From: Candidatus Cloacimonadales bacterium | GTDB taxonomy: Bacteria > Cloacimonadota > Cloacimonadia > Cloacimonadales > JAFGVF01 | NCBI GenBank assembly: GCA_963667035.1 | Contig: OY762964.1 | Span: 2,080,001-2,144,000, forward strand | Direction: 5' to 3' | Length of the DNA: 64,000 bases | Shown: one piece after another, positions 42,101 to 51,171 of the stretch | Layout of the letters: each line of letters starts with the position of its first letter | How positions within the stretch are numbered: position 1 is the first letter of the stretch | The notes under the pieces: generated by a model | The model's database searches: none | The model's input: only the letters and a program-made list of their open reading frames with translations | What the model was told of the DNA's origin: nothing | Translations under genes and position numbers: made by a program

Positions 42101-43501
42101 ATCATAAGAATATTTCTTGATAATCTCTAAAGCGAAATTGGAAGAGTTTATCAAATAGAGGTTTTGAGCTAGTAGATAAACTGTTTCTTGATTAGCCAAG
42201 TCCTTTTCAGTACTTAACTGCAAGCAATTTCTGAAAGTATTAGCAGCTTCCTGGTATTTCTTTAAACTCTGATAAGTCTTACCAATAGCAACCATAAGTG
42301 TAAGTTTTTGTTCAGCTTTTTTGGTTTTGCTTAATGAATATTCCAGAATCTCAAGCAGATTCTCAAAATTACATATATTTCTTAATTCTCTTAAAGTTTC
42401 TTCAAAGACTTTAGTATCGAATCTATCCAATAATCTATGGTAATCTGAAAGCTGAGAAAGAGGTGTATTAGTACTTTTAAGGAAGTCAAGAACCATTGAT
42501 GTATAGTTTACCCTTAATTCCTTATCTAAGTTAAGAAACCATCTTTGGAAATGGTCGGGGCTTATAACACACAATCTTTCCTTATGAGCTCTAACGAAAC
42601 TCTTTATTTTTAGAACTTCCAGACTCTTGCTAAACTTAGTTTTACCAATTAAAGTTTGTAACTCTTCAGCTTTTATTCTTCCGTCAGATAAGAAGACAAG
42701 ACTCATAAGTAGTCGATCTGTATCTGTGAGCTGATTAAGGAACATCGCATAAAAATCAGTATTTTGAGTTTTCTCTTCAACATACTTTAATATATCGAAC
42801 TTGTTACCCTTTTTATACTCATCAGAGTTCATAATATCTATAAGTAACAACTCAAGAGTTAGCATATTACCCTGTGTAATATTCCAAAGAATTTCACTCT
42901 CAAACACAAAATCTGAGTTCTTAGATGGGAACACATCCTGTATTATTGAAGTAATGCCTTGTATAGATAGTTCATGTAAACGCTCTACATGAGAGATATG
43001 AAAGTCATGGTCTTTCGTGAAGGCAAAAACTTTGATACCAATATCCTCTGCATATTGGACAAGGAATTGAATGAACTTACGTGAATGTTCAGTTAGAAAA
43101 TCTCCTTCCATAACAATTAAAGTAATAGACCGGAAGTAATAATCCCTATTTATTACTTCGGTGAGATAGAAAAAGAAGTCATAGTCGCAGGTAAACTCAT
43201 AGTCAGAGCTTTTTCTTATAATCTCATCATATTCGGATTCTTTAAGATTAGTTACAGCCAGTACAAGATCTTTTAATTGATTCCAAGACAAGACTCTAGG
43301 ATGATAGCAGAAATAATCCATTTTTCTGCTTTTTAACTCATTCTCAAGATGCTCCAATAAAAGATACTTACCTGTTCCGGTATAACCAATAATCTCAATG
43401 ATTTCGCTTTTTGAATCACCCTCTGTGAAGGTTTTACTATAACTTTTAAAATCTTCAGCTAAATAACTGCTTAAAATGCTTTCCAAGCTTTTGCTCATCA
43501 T
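39197..43501 (-). CDS. Large sigma54-dependent activator: degenerate N-terminal P-loop, TPR array, GAF, AAA+, Fis HTH
   Basis: GYTGTGKY; many YNN[LI]G TPRs; GPSGTGKE, ESELFGHVKGSFTGA, FLDEI, FRLDLYYRL, PGNVRQLEN; NQTKAA..LGLSR. Confidence 0.92.
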   Translation of the reverse strand: MMSKSLESILSSYLAEDFKSYSKTFTEGDSKSEIIEIIGYTGTGKYLLLEHLENELKSRKMDYFCYHPRVLSWNQLKDLVLAVTNLKESEYDEIIRKSSDYEFTCDYDFFFYLTEVINRDYYFRSITLIVMEGDFLTEHSRKFIQFLVQYAEDIGIKVFAFTKDHDFHISHVERLHELSIQGITSIIQDVFPSKNSDFVFESEILWNITQGNMLTLELLLIDIMNSDEYKKGNKFDILKYVEEKTQNTDFYAMFLNQLTDTDRLLMSLVFLSDGRIKAEELQTLIGKTKFSKSLEVLKIKSFVRAHKERLCVISPDHFQRWFLNLDKELRVNYTSMVLDFLKSTNTPLSQLSDYHRLLDRFDTKVFEETLRELRNICNFENLLEILEYSLSKTKKAEQKLTLMVAIGKTYQSLKKYQEAANTFRNCLQLSTEKDLANQETVYLLAQNLYLINSSNFALEIIKKYSYDELENTFKANLLILKAEILTEKEDFGNAMPQLDKALQAAFKIEGEKIRNTVLGNCHKARGKIYYYSNDWDHAENCFNDAKSYFEQGNVISGLAAIYNNLAVIPMLSGNWEESEALFLKSLEIEKSRYNLNGMSICYNNLGGLMDDKGDKEKSIYYLYQGLNIQKLLSDPYNITNIYNNIGVTHMDNSEFDKAEEAYNKSLQTAINFSFHRNTIATLNNIGALYFQQGKWNEAIDTYERAIGKSEETDFVDGLIRSYINLGELYEKRGELNIAYDLYFKGLELLPQINDQYIKAQIYGNLGSTLTKMHKFKEAYRYLVESFDYFKALEAKNEIIEGCQKQAVYFIVTMNHESADYYLKMSYNLAKELNNEYEIGNTWFLRAKLDRKDLNKAKGHLEKAVEIFERHNKIYELAEANYELANIVAETGEAEEALNILKRNKNVIKNFGSIKILEQNDLLYEKINKEYKKKVDEAKYQESILDKFYAISEMLNEIHDFDLLLNTAIDEIINISEADGGILCLYNAENMPESWEYKLFRNFTFKDQAYDYFMRLILETYNQKKRLSLKQPQEGKKYNHVITFPMNMRNQSLGVILLFSNHESYYFNDQINNLLNALTNQIIVSVENIRATNLEKTHEIIREELNSSNIFANIIGKHEKMMAIFDIIRKIKDTPTTVFLEGPSGTGKELIARAIHYSSNRKNKAFVAQYCGALPETLLESELFGHVKGSFTGAAYDKKGLFEIADGGTFFLDEIADISLSTQAKLLRFLQEGEVKRVGSTKTEKVNVRVVCATNVSLKKKVEQGEFRLDLYYRLNVIKIEVPALSERATDIPLLAIHFLDKFNKRINKQIKGFTDEALKYLMSYSFPGNVRQLENEIERAVTLADDESYIKPSDFSEEIFRFAENTQAVNMLTQNVSLKEAVERLEKNMIMEALEVTEWNQTKAAKHLGLSRQGLIKKMRRYELFKDGIEDDGE

Positions 43502-43792
43502 AACCTGCTTTTATTTTTTGCTCTCCGGTCTCCTAACTGTTAACAAAGTAACCAATACACTTTTTTAATTTCATAAGTCAAGCGTAAATTTGTATATCTT
43601 GTTTAATATTGAGAATACCCATCACATATCTTATTGTAGATTAAACCCTTAAATAGGTGTAAACAAACTTCACAATTAATCATTGTTAAGAGATTCTCAG
43701 ATATGGTTGCAGTAAAATATTGATATTTTAAGTATGGGATCTATAAAATAGTAGACTTTAGAGACAGTAGAAAATTAGGGATGATATATCGG

Positions 43793-44128
43793 TTATCTAT
43801 TTCTTCTTCTCAATTCCTTTCTATAGATTTTATAGTTGTTGTATACAACAAATCCAAATACAACATCTGTAATTGTAAACACTAGATTAAATCCCTTCTC
43901 GTCATCTCGAAGATAAAGTACCGTAAAGACAGTAAATGGAATTAGCAATCCTAACTTTAGCAAATATATTCCTCTCTTTACTCCCAACTTTTTCATAACC
44001 AATCTAGCAAGGGGATTTCTTTCTTGTCTATATTTATTGGGTTTCAATACTAACCAGGTGGAATGTGCATCCAGTATATTTAAGATTAAAAAGACTATTA
44101 GCAGTAGAACAGATGTTACACTTTTCAT
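43793..44128 (-). CDS. Small membrane protein, DUF5658-like
   Basis: LNILDA.ST...E.NPL motif; three hydrophobic segments. Confidence 0.65.
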   Translation of the reverse strand: MKSVTSVLLLIVFLILNILDAHSTWLVLKPNKYRQERNPLARLVMKKLGVKRGIYLLKLGLLIPFTVFTVLYLRDDEKGFNLVFTITDVVFGFVVYNNYKIYRKELRRRNR

Positions 44129-44676
44129 TATAACCCCAAGATATCTGCGTGAGCTATCATGGCTAACAAAGCTAGTTCCAAGAACTCAGTTAAATCCATA
44201 TTCAAGGTCTCACAATAACTTATTTGCTCCCTGGATACACCAGCAGCAAAACTCTTGGATTTAAACTTCTTCTTTAAAGACTTTAACTTTACCTGTTCGA
44301 GCTTTTTATCAGGTTGCATAAGTGCAGTTGCAGTTATAAGTCCGTTTACAGGATCGGAAATCCAAAGGGACTTTTCCATCAGGGAATCCAGATTTTTATG
44401 TTTATTGTGAGATTTGATGGCATCTAAAATATGTTTAGGGACATCATATTGAGAAAGTATCTCAATTGCTTTCAGAGCATGATGTTCCATATCATCACCA
44501 ATTACATCTAAATCTATATCATGTAAGAGTCCGGTAATATAGTACTCTTCTTTGTTCGAATCAAATCTCTCAGCCAGTGCTTCCATTACATACGCGGTAG
44601 CTAAACAATGTTTTATGGTATTCGTTGTCGTTACATACTTCTTCAATAACTCTAAAGCATATTCTCTGCTAATCAT
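44128..44676 (-). CDS. HDIG/HD-domain metal-dependent phosphohydrolase
   Basis: REYALELL, KHCLA, GLLHDID, KKKFK.KSFAAGVSRE. Confidence 0.88.
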   Translation of the reverse strand: MISREYALELLKKYVTTTNTIKHCLATAYVMEALAERFDSNKEEYYITGLLHDIDLDVIGDDMEHHALKAIEILSQYDVPKHILDAIKSHNKHKNLDSLMEKSLWISDPVNGLITATALMQPDKKLEQVKLKSLKKKFKSKSFAAGVSREQISYCETLNMDLTEFLELALLAMIAHADILGL

Positions 44677-45475
44677 CTGTCACTTCCTCAAATTTTCTTA
44701 ACATTTCATACGCTGCAACAGCATAGCTTACACCTACATTCAAAGAGTTCTTCCAACCTCTAACCGGAATTCGTATTACGCAATCACATTGATTCAGGAT
44801 CTCAGGGGTAAGTCCAAGAGCTTCGTTTCCCATAACCAAAGCTATAGCTTTGTGAGGGGTATATTCGTACAAGTCTATACTCGGTTCTGCAGTTTCTAAT
44901 GCTAAAATAGTATATCCTTTCTTCTTAAGCATCTCAATAACCATGGAAGTTTCAGCGTAGTACTCCCAATCTACATGTTCGGCAGTATTCATTGAAGTTT
45001 CCTGTACATCCTTCATCTCAGGTGTCGGAGTAATACCACAACAGAATATCTTTCTTGCTTTCACGCATTCTGTTGTCCGGAATATTGAGCCGACATTAAA
45101 AGTAGACCTTAAATTATCCAGAATAACAACCATTGGGATTTCTTTGTAGGAAGTATCGACTTTATCTTTAGTATAAATATGTAGTTCTTTTTCTTTAAAC
45201 CTATCATTTAACTTGTTTCTAAGATTAGCTAATGATAGAGAGAACTTTCTTTCATCATCTATCAAAGTTGAGATTATCCTGTAATCTTCCAGTTCGCCAG
45301 TCTCCTCGTCAATAAATCCAAGACAATTAGCGTAGGACACCTTCAACTCTTGAAAGCGGTTTTCATCTTTTCTGGATAACTCTATAGCTTTAAGAATCTC
45401 AAGCAGTATTCTAAACTGTTTATCAACAGTAAAACTTCTGAATTTACTTTCAGAATAAATCAGTTTCTTCTTCAC
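44669..45475 (-). CDS. TrmH/SpoU family RNA methyltransferase with N-terminal extension
   Basis: LDNLRSTFNVGSIFRT, GNEALG, KNSLNV; GTG start. Confidence 0.9.
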   Translation of the reverse strand: MKKKLIYSESKFRSFTVDKQFRILLEILKAIELSRKDENRFQELKVSYANCLGFIDEETGELEDYRIISTLIDDERKFSLSLANLRNKLNDRFKEKELHIYTKDKVDTSYKEIPMVVILDNLRSTFNVGSIFRTTECVKARKIFCCGITPTPEMKDVQETSMNTAEHVDWEYYAETSMVIEMLKKKGYTILALETAEPSIDLYEYTPHKAIALVMGNEALGLTPEILNQCDCVIRIPVRGWKNSLNVGVSYAVAAYEMLRKFEEVTDD

Positions 45476-45477
45476 TA

Positions 45478-46779
45478 TTAGCTCTTAAAGTCTACTTGAG
45501 AAGTCTTTATATGCAGATCTCTTTGTGGGAAAGGTATCTCAATGTTATTCTCTTTAAAAGCATCCCAGATTGCCAGTAATACTTCCGAGCGAATGTTAAC
45601 GATACCTTTTTGAGGATCTCTTATCCAGAACTGAAGTTCAAAGTTCACGGAACTATCTCCAAACTCTTTTAGAAAACTCTCAGGTTTTGGTCTTTTTAGG
45701 ACTCTTTCGAATTTTCCGGGAATCTGTTCAAGTATCTCTTTAACTTTATGTACATCCGAACTGTAAGAGACACCAATTGAGGCATCTACTCGGATAAGAC
45801 GATTACTATGAGACCAGTTTATAACAGGTTTTGAAATAAGGTCTTCATTGGGTATAAGTATCTCCTTCCCTTCGATAGTAACGAGGGAAGTATATCGGCT
45901 ACTCATCTGCTTCACGGAGCCGTAAGTATTACCCATTTCAATAACATCACCCGGTTTTATGGAATCATCTAATAAAAGGGTGAAACCGCTTAACAGATTG
46001 GAGAATATCTTTTGCAGACCAATACCAATACCAAGACCTATACCACCGGTAAAGATAGATAGAGTTGTCATGCTTATTCCAAGACTACCCATGAGCATAA
46101 ATCCTGCGAAGGCATAAATGAAATAGGTTATGGTTTTGCTTAGCAATACTTGCATTGTAGGACGTAAGGATTTACTGTTTCTCAGTTTTAAATCCAAGAA
46201 ATGCAAGATTTTTTTCATTACCCAGAACAAGAAGATAGCTAGCACAAATGAGGTAAGAATAGAGTACAGTTCTAAATTAACTTCACCAAAGTTAAGCTTT
46301 ATTGTTTGTAGCATTTCCTGAGTTTTGTCCCAAATACCGAGAATACTCAAAATTGCTCTAACCCAGAACCATATCTGGATTACTTTCTTCACAAATGAAT
46401 TGTCTATAATCAAGGTTGTGAGTTTTATCACAAGCCAGATTTGGTAAAAATTAGCAACAATTTTTATGAATGATACAGGTAAATGGGCAAAAATCAAGAT
46501 TTGACTTGCTACCCCAAGGAATATAACGGTTAGCATAGGGCTAACAAATCTGTAAACATACTCCATGAACTTCCTGGTTTTGGGGTGATTCTCATTAATC
46601 TTTATCTTTTTCAGACTTATGTTAATGATTTTTGTCAAAGGATATGAAGCAACTATGGAGCCTGCAACAACTCCAAGTTGGATTAGAATATTCCAACCGG
46701 TAAAATTATTCATCAAAAGCCGATAGAATTCTTTAAGATAATCAATTATTATAGCTTGAACTTCAGTGTAATCTGTCAT
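45478..46779 (-). CDS. Small-conductance mechanosensitive channel family protein
   Basis: GIGLGIGIGLQ..SN..SG, IKPGD.IE, IPNE, FGDSSV, IEIPFPQRDL. Confidence 0.92.
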   Translation of the reverse strand: MTDYTEVQAIIIDYLKEFYRLLMNNFTGWNILIQLGVVAGSIVASYPLTKIINISLKKIKINENHPKTRKFMEYVYRFVSPMLTVIFLGVASQILIFAHLPVSFIKIVANFYQIWLVIKLTTLIIDNSFVKKVIQIWFWVRAILSILGIWDKTQEMLQTIKLNFGEVNLELYSILTSFVLAIFLFWVMKKILHFLDLKLRNSKSLRPTMQVLLSKTITYFIYAFAGFMLMGSLGISMTTLSIFTGGIGLGIGIGLQKIFSNLLSGFTLLLDDSIKPGDVIEMGNTYGSVKQMSSRYTSLVTIEGKEILIPNEDLISKPVINWSHSNRLIRVDASIGVSYSSDVHKVKEILEQIPGKFERVLKRPKPESFLKEFGDSSVNFELQFWIRDPQKGIVNIRSEVLLAIWDAFKENNIEIPFPQRDLHIKTSQVDFKS

Positions 46780-47879
46780 TATTTAATTAAGTCCCTATAT
46801 AACTTCTCTATTTGTTCTCTTTTAACATCCAATGGATTAAGAGCCATATTTCTACTATCCATGACTTCAGGAGCTCTGTGTTTGATAAATTCCTCGGTTA
46901 TAATCATATCTACAGCTGAAAGGTTAAATTTGTCCAACCAGTCATAGAATTGCTCTTTTGAAATACTTATATTTTGAAACAACTCGTCAAGTTCAGCTTT
47001 CAAATACGGATAATACAATTCCATCATCGGTTTCATAAATATCCCGTTTGCCAGACCGTGAGAGACTCCATATACGGTAGTTATAGGATAACCAATGGAA
47101 TGTTGCAAAGTTGTACTCGAATGAGAGATAACCATGCCGCCATATAGAGAAGCTTGCATCATCGCTTCTCTTGCTTCCAAATTATCAGGTTCATTTATAG
47201 CAATCTCAAGATTATCTATTATAAGCTTAATTCCTTTATGAATTAAGGGATAAGTCAACTTCTCTCTTTTATTTGAGTACAATCCTTCCAAAAGATGACT
47301 TAAAGCATCTATACCGGTATCTCTTGTTACCTTAGGTGACATAGAGCTGGTATAAGAAGGATCACAAAACGAGAGGTCCGGGAAGTTAACCGGGGAACCG
47401 AATCCCGCTTTTTTCCCACTTGATTCATCAGTTATAACACTGTATGGAGTAGCTTCCGTTCCTGTTCCACTTGTTGTGGGTATTGCTACCAATGGAAGAG
47501 CTGAGTTATAGAATGAAGGATTAAATATGTCCCTAAGCCTGATATTGTTTTTTGCCAGAATTGCAATTGCTTTTGCTGCATCAATTGGGCTTCCTCCACC
47601 TATTGCAATTATAAAATCACATTTATTTTGCTTACAAATATAGCGACCTTCCTGAACGGATTCCAGTGTAGGATTCTCTCTTATTTTATCATAAATAACA
47701 AATTCCGTATTGTTTTCTTTGAGGATTGAAGTAATATGCTCTAAAGCTCCTGATTTAATTGCTGAACTTTTGCCGGTTACTATCAAAGCATTCGTCCCTA
47801 AACATCTTAGTAATTCTTTGTTCTCATTAACACAATTGTATCCGAATAAAACCTTTGTCGGCATGTAAAAGGAATTCAT
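46779..47879 (-). CDS. Iron-containing alcohol dehydrogenase
   Basis: GGGSPIDAAK, PTTSGTGTE, DALSH..E, H...SHG. Confidence 0.92.
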   Translation of the reverse strand: MNSFYMPTKVLFGYNCVNENKELLRCLGTNALIVTGKSSAIKSGALEHITSILKENNTEFVIYDKIRENPTLESVQEGRYICKQNKCDFIIAIGGGSPIDAAKAIAILAKNNIRLRDIFNPSFYNSALPLVAIPTTSGTGTEATPYSVITDESSGKKAGFGSPVNFPDLSFCDPSYTSSMSPKVTRDTGIDALSHLLEGLYSNKREKLTYPLIHKGIKLIIDNLEIAINEPDNLEAREAMMQASLYGGMVISHSSTTLQHSIGYPITTVYGVSHGLANGIFMKPMMELYYPYLKAELDELFQNISISKEQFYDWLDKFNLSAVDMIITEEFIKHRAPEVMDSRNMALNPLDVKREQIEKLYRDLIK

Positions 47880-48179
47880 TATAGCTCCACATAATATTTT
47901 TGTTATTACTATCAGAATAATTCACTTGCTGTCAAATGTTATTTAATATCACCTATTACATTTCAGGTCAAATGTTTTTGTTTTATATCGTTATATATGC
48001 TAGTGCCATCTCAAATCATAGTCTGAATTATGTTTAAATTTAATGGAGAATTGATACTATTGTATGAATTAATGGATTCAAACAATCCGAAAATCATATT
48101 CAGTGCAAATTGCAATAAGTTACGTTAATTTATTGTCCTAAGACACCCTTTTCTATTCACGTTCTTCGCAGTAAAAAGC

Positions 48180-48335
48180 AACGCACTGTGCTTGCAGTGT
48201 TCAGGCACTGTGAACGCACTATCAACCCACTGAAACACCGGGCTGGTAGTGCCTGCACAGTGGAATCACAGTGGGAAAATACCGTGTTAATGAAGTGTAT
48301 AGTTAATGAACAGTTAAATAGCAGAATTATCGTGA
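48180..48335. repeat. Inverted array of 11-bp repeats (CACTG/CAGTG core)
   Basis: AACGCACTGTG/CTTGCAGTGTT/CAGGCACTGTG/AACGCACTATC/AACCCACTGAA ... GGTAGTGCCTG/CACAGTGGAAT/CACAGTGGGAA. Confidence 0.8.
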
Positions 48336-48412
48336 ATGAATAAATCTGAATTGCATCAATACACGGATTATTGAAGCCGAGGTCTACTCTTAGTTTTGTG
48401 TACTAGTCTTTG

Positions 48413-48727
48413 TTAATCAAGATAATCTATCGCAACTCCTGACATATGATACTTATAGTTTGTTTTCCAGAATAGTATACTTTTGGTCTCATACTCATCA
48501 ATCACAATATTTACGGCATCATCAGCTTCCGGATATTTCTTGATAGCTTCTTCCAACAGTAGAGTAAAACCTGATTTATTAACTTTCTTCTTTAACTCAA
48601 CTCTACCTAATATTCTGTACTTAGATCCATCTGAGGGGAAATTTGTTGTTGTCATTAATGGACGATATTTAGAACAACCTAAAAGTAAAACAAACAGTAT
48701 TACAAAAGAAAATACATACTTCAACAT
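48413..48727 (-). CDS. Small lipoprotein, unknown function
   Basis: Lipobox LLGC after hydrophobic signal; Y.ILG.V, ADDAVNI.ID. Confidence 0.75.
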   Translation of the reverse strand: MLKYVFSFVILFVLLLGCSKYRPLMTTTNFPSDGSKYRILGRVELKKKVNKSGFTLLLEEAIKKYPEADDAVNIVIDEYETKSILFWKTNYKYHMSGVAIDYLD

Positions 48728-48965
48728 AGTACAACCTCATTTTATATAGCTTGTTAAATATATATACAATGGCTTATCATTGTCAAGCCTATTTCTTATC
48801 TTTTACTTTTTTCTTAAGGATCCACTATTAGCTTTATACTTTTAAATCACATTTAGTCCCATCAATATTATTGAGATTCATCATATTATTCATTCTAAAT
48901 ATATTATACAATCCACTCAATATATTAGATTGACAGTTATCTTGACCAATCGCTTATTTGCAAGT

Positions 48966-51149
48966 ATGAAATACGTTAAGTTAACTCCTGATAATTTCAT
49001 CTCAGAAATGCAAAAGGTTTATCCTAATCTGAATCGGACCAAATTGAAAGATGTTTGGAATTATGCTTTGGAAGCTCATGGCGAGCAAAAAAGAGCATCA
49101 GGAGAGCATTATATAGTTCATCCTATGAACGTTGCCTATATCCTAGCCCAGATGGAAATGGATTGTACAACAATAACAGCAGGTATATTGCACGATGTTG
49201 TTGAAGATACAGGAATAACTGAAATAGAGTTGGAAAAAAGATTTGGTGAGCAAGTAGCTAAGCTTGTTGATGGAGTAACAAAAGTAGGCAAACTATCTTA
49301 TTCAATGCAGGCAAGCCCGTTTGAACAACAAGCAGAGAACTACCGAAAGCTTTTGTTTGCCGTTGTAGATGATGTTAGAGTAATATTCATAAAGCTTGCA
49401 GACCGAATACACAACATGAGAACTCTAAAGTATCTACCTCCGGAGAAGCAGAAAGCAATTGCAAGTGAGACTCTGGAAATATATGTTCCATTGGCTAACA
49501 GATTCGGAATAACCGCATTAAAATGGGAACTCGAAGATTTATGCTTAAAACACTTATATCCCGATCAATACAAAGAAATAAACTCTCATATCCACGAAAA
49601 AAAAGCTACTAGAGACAAATATGTAAAATATTTTGTGAAGAAAGTGGAAAGATTCTTGAGTGAATCCGGAATTGAGGCTAAGATATCAGGACGAAGCAAA
49701 CACTTCTTCAGTATATTTCGTAAAAAAATGAGACGAAAATTGTCTTATGAAGAAATCTATGATTACACAGCTATTAGAATAATTGTTAACAGTATTGATG
49801 ACTGTTATCATTGTCTTGATGTTATAAATTCAAAGTTTACACCACTACCGGAAAGATTTAAAGACTATATAGGCCAGCCTAAACCTAACGGATATAGATC
49901 GATTCATCATGTTGTGTTTAGTGAAGAGGGTTGGACTGTCGAGATTCAAATTAGAACCAATGAAATGCACATGGAAGCTGAAGAGGGAAGAGCAGCCCAT
50001 TGGCGTTATAAAGAGTTCTATGATGTCGGTAATAAGAACAACAAAAAACTTGCAGTGCAAACAGAAACAATTGCCAAGCAGGTGCAATGGCTGAGAACAT
50101 TCCTAAAAAATCACCCTGATGCAGACCCGACTAGCTTTATCCGCTCACTTAAATCAGATTTAAACATGGATAACATAATAGTAAAGACTCCAAAAGGAGA
50201 CTATTTGGAACTTCCTGCAGGTTCCACAGCTCTTGACTTTGCATTCTCTGTACATACCGATCTTGGCTTTAAGTGTAATGGAGCAAGAGTTAATGGGAAA
50301 ATAGCACCGTTGGATACTATTCTTAGTAATGGGGATCTGGTCGAAGTAATGAGAGGCAAAGAGATAAAGCCAAGTAAGGATTGGCTTCTATTCTTAAAAA
50401 CTACCAGAGCTAAGCAAAGAGTTAGAAGTTGGTTCAGACAAAAAGAATTGGAAGATGCCTACATACTTGGTCAGAAACTCTTTGATAGATTCTACAAAAA
50501 AACAACTAAAAAGACTAAAAGAGATGAACTTCTTAATCAAGCAATACAACTTTGTAAGTATGAAAGTGACAGAGAATTCCTAATTGCATTAGGTAGAGGT
50601 TCTCTAGATCCTATTAAAGTATGGGAACTTCTGTATCCTCCTGAAGTAGACGTTGATAATTCAACTGATGAAATCAACTTAAAACCTTATGACACAAACA
50701 AGAATGCTATTTCGCTTGATGGAATTGATAACTTGATGGTGCACTTTGCTAAATGTTGTAATCCGGTTAGAGGTGATGAAATCGTTGGCTATGTTACAAG
50801 AGGAAGAGGGCTAACAATCCATTTGAAGGATTGTAAGAATCCTGCCTTTAGAAACTTATTACAGACTGAGAGTGAACGAATTGTTAGTGTGGTATGGGAT
50901 AAACGAGGGAAAGGTAAAGACTTATTCCCTGTTAGAATGGTTGTAGAAGCTATGAATAAGCCACATATATTAGACAAGGTTCTGATAGTGATTGCTAAAG
51001 CGAAAGTAAAGATACACGATCAAAGATACGTTCCGGAAAAAGAAATGCTGAAACTTTTCCTAACAGTACTCGTTACCGATAAAAAGCAACTGGAAAGCCT
51101 TCAGACTAAAATTAGAAAAGTTAAAGGTATCTTATCGGTAAAAGCATAA
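48966..51149 (+). CDS. spoT: Bifunctional (p)ppGpp synthetase/hydrolase (long RSH)
   Basis: AH.Q.R.SGE.Y..HP, LHDVVED, KLADR.HNMRT, KPNGYRSIH, EIQIRT, TGS, AKCCNP, ACT; start set at ATG 48966. Confidence 0.93.
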   Translation: MKYVKLTPDNFISEMQKVYPNLNRTKLKDVWNYALEAHGEQKRASGEHYIVHPMNVAYILAQMEMDCTTITAGILHDVVEDTGITEIELEKRFGEQVAKLVDGVTKVGKLSYSMQASPFEQQAENYRKLLFAVVDDVRVIFIKLADRIHNMRTLKYLPPEKQKAIASETLEIYVPLANRFGITALKWELEDLCLKHLYPDQYKEINSHIHEKKATRDKYVKYFVKKVERFLSESGIEAKISGRSKHFFSIFRKKMRRKLSYEEIYDYTAIRIIVNSIDDCYHCLDVINSKFTPLPERFKDYIGQPKPNGYRSIHHVVFSEEGWTVEIQIRTNEMHMEAEEGRAAHWRYKEFYDVGNKNNKKLAVQTETIAKQVQWLRTFLKNHPDADPTSFIRSLKSDLNMDNIIVKTPKGDYLELPAGSTALDFAFSVHTDLGFKCNGARVNGKIAPLDTILSNGDLVEVMRGKEIKPSKDWLLFLKTTRAKQRVRSWFRQKELEDAYILGQKLFDRFYKKTTKKTKRDELLNQAIQLCKYESDREFLIALGRGSLDPIKVWELLYPPEVDVDNSTDEINLKPYDTNKNAISLDGIDNLMVHFAKCCNPVRGDEIVGYVTRGRGLTIHLKDCKNPAFRNLLQTESERIVSVVWDKRGKGKDLFPVRMVVEAMNKPHILDKVLIVIAKAKVKIHDQRYVPEKEMLKLFLTVLVTDKKQLESLQTKIRKVKGILSVKA

Positions 51150-51171
51150 AGCCCCATATATATGGTAAGAT

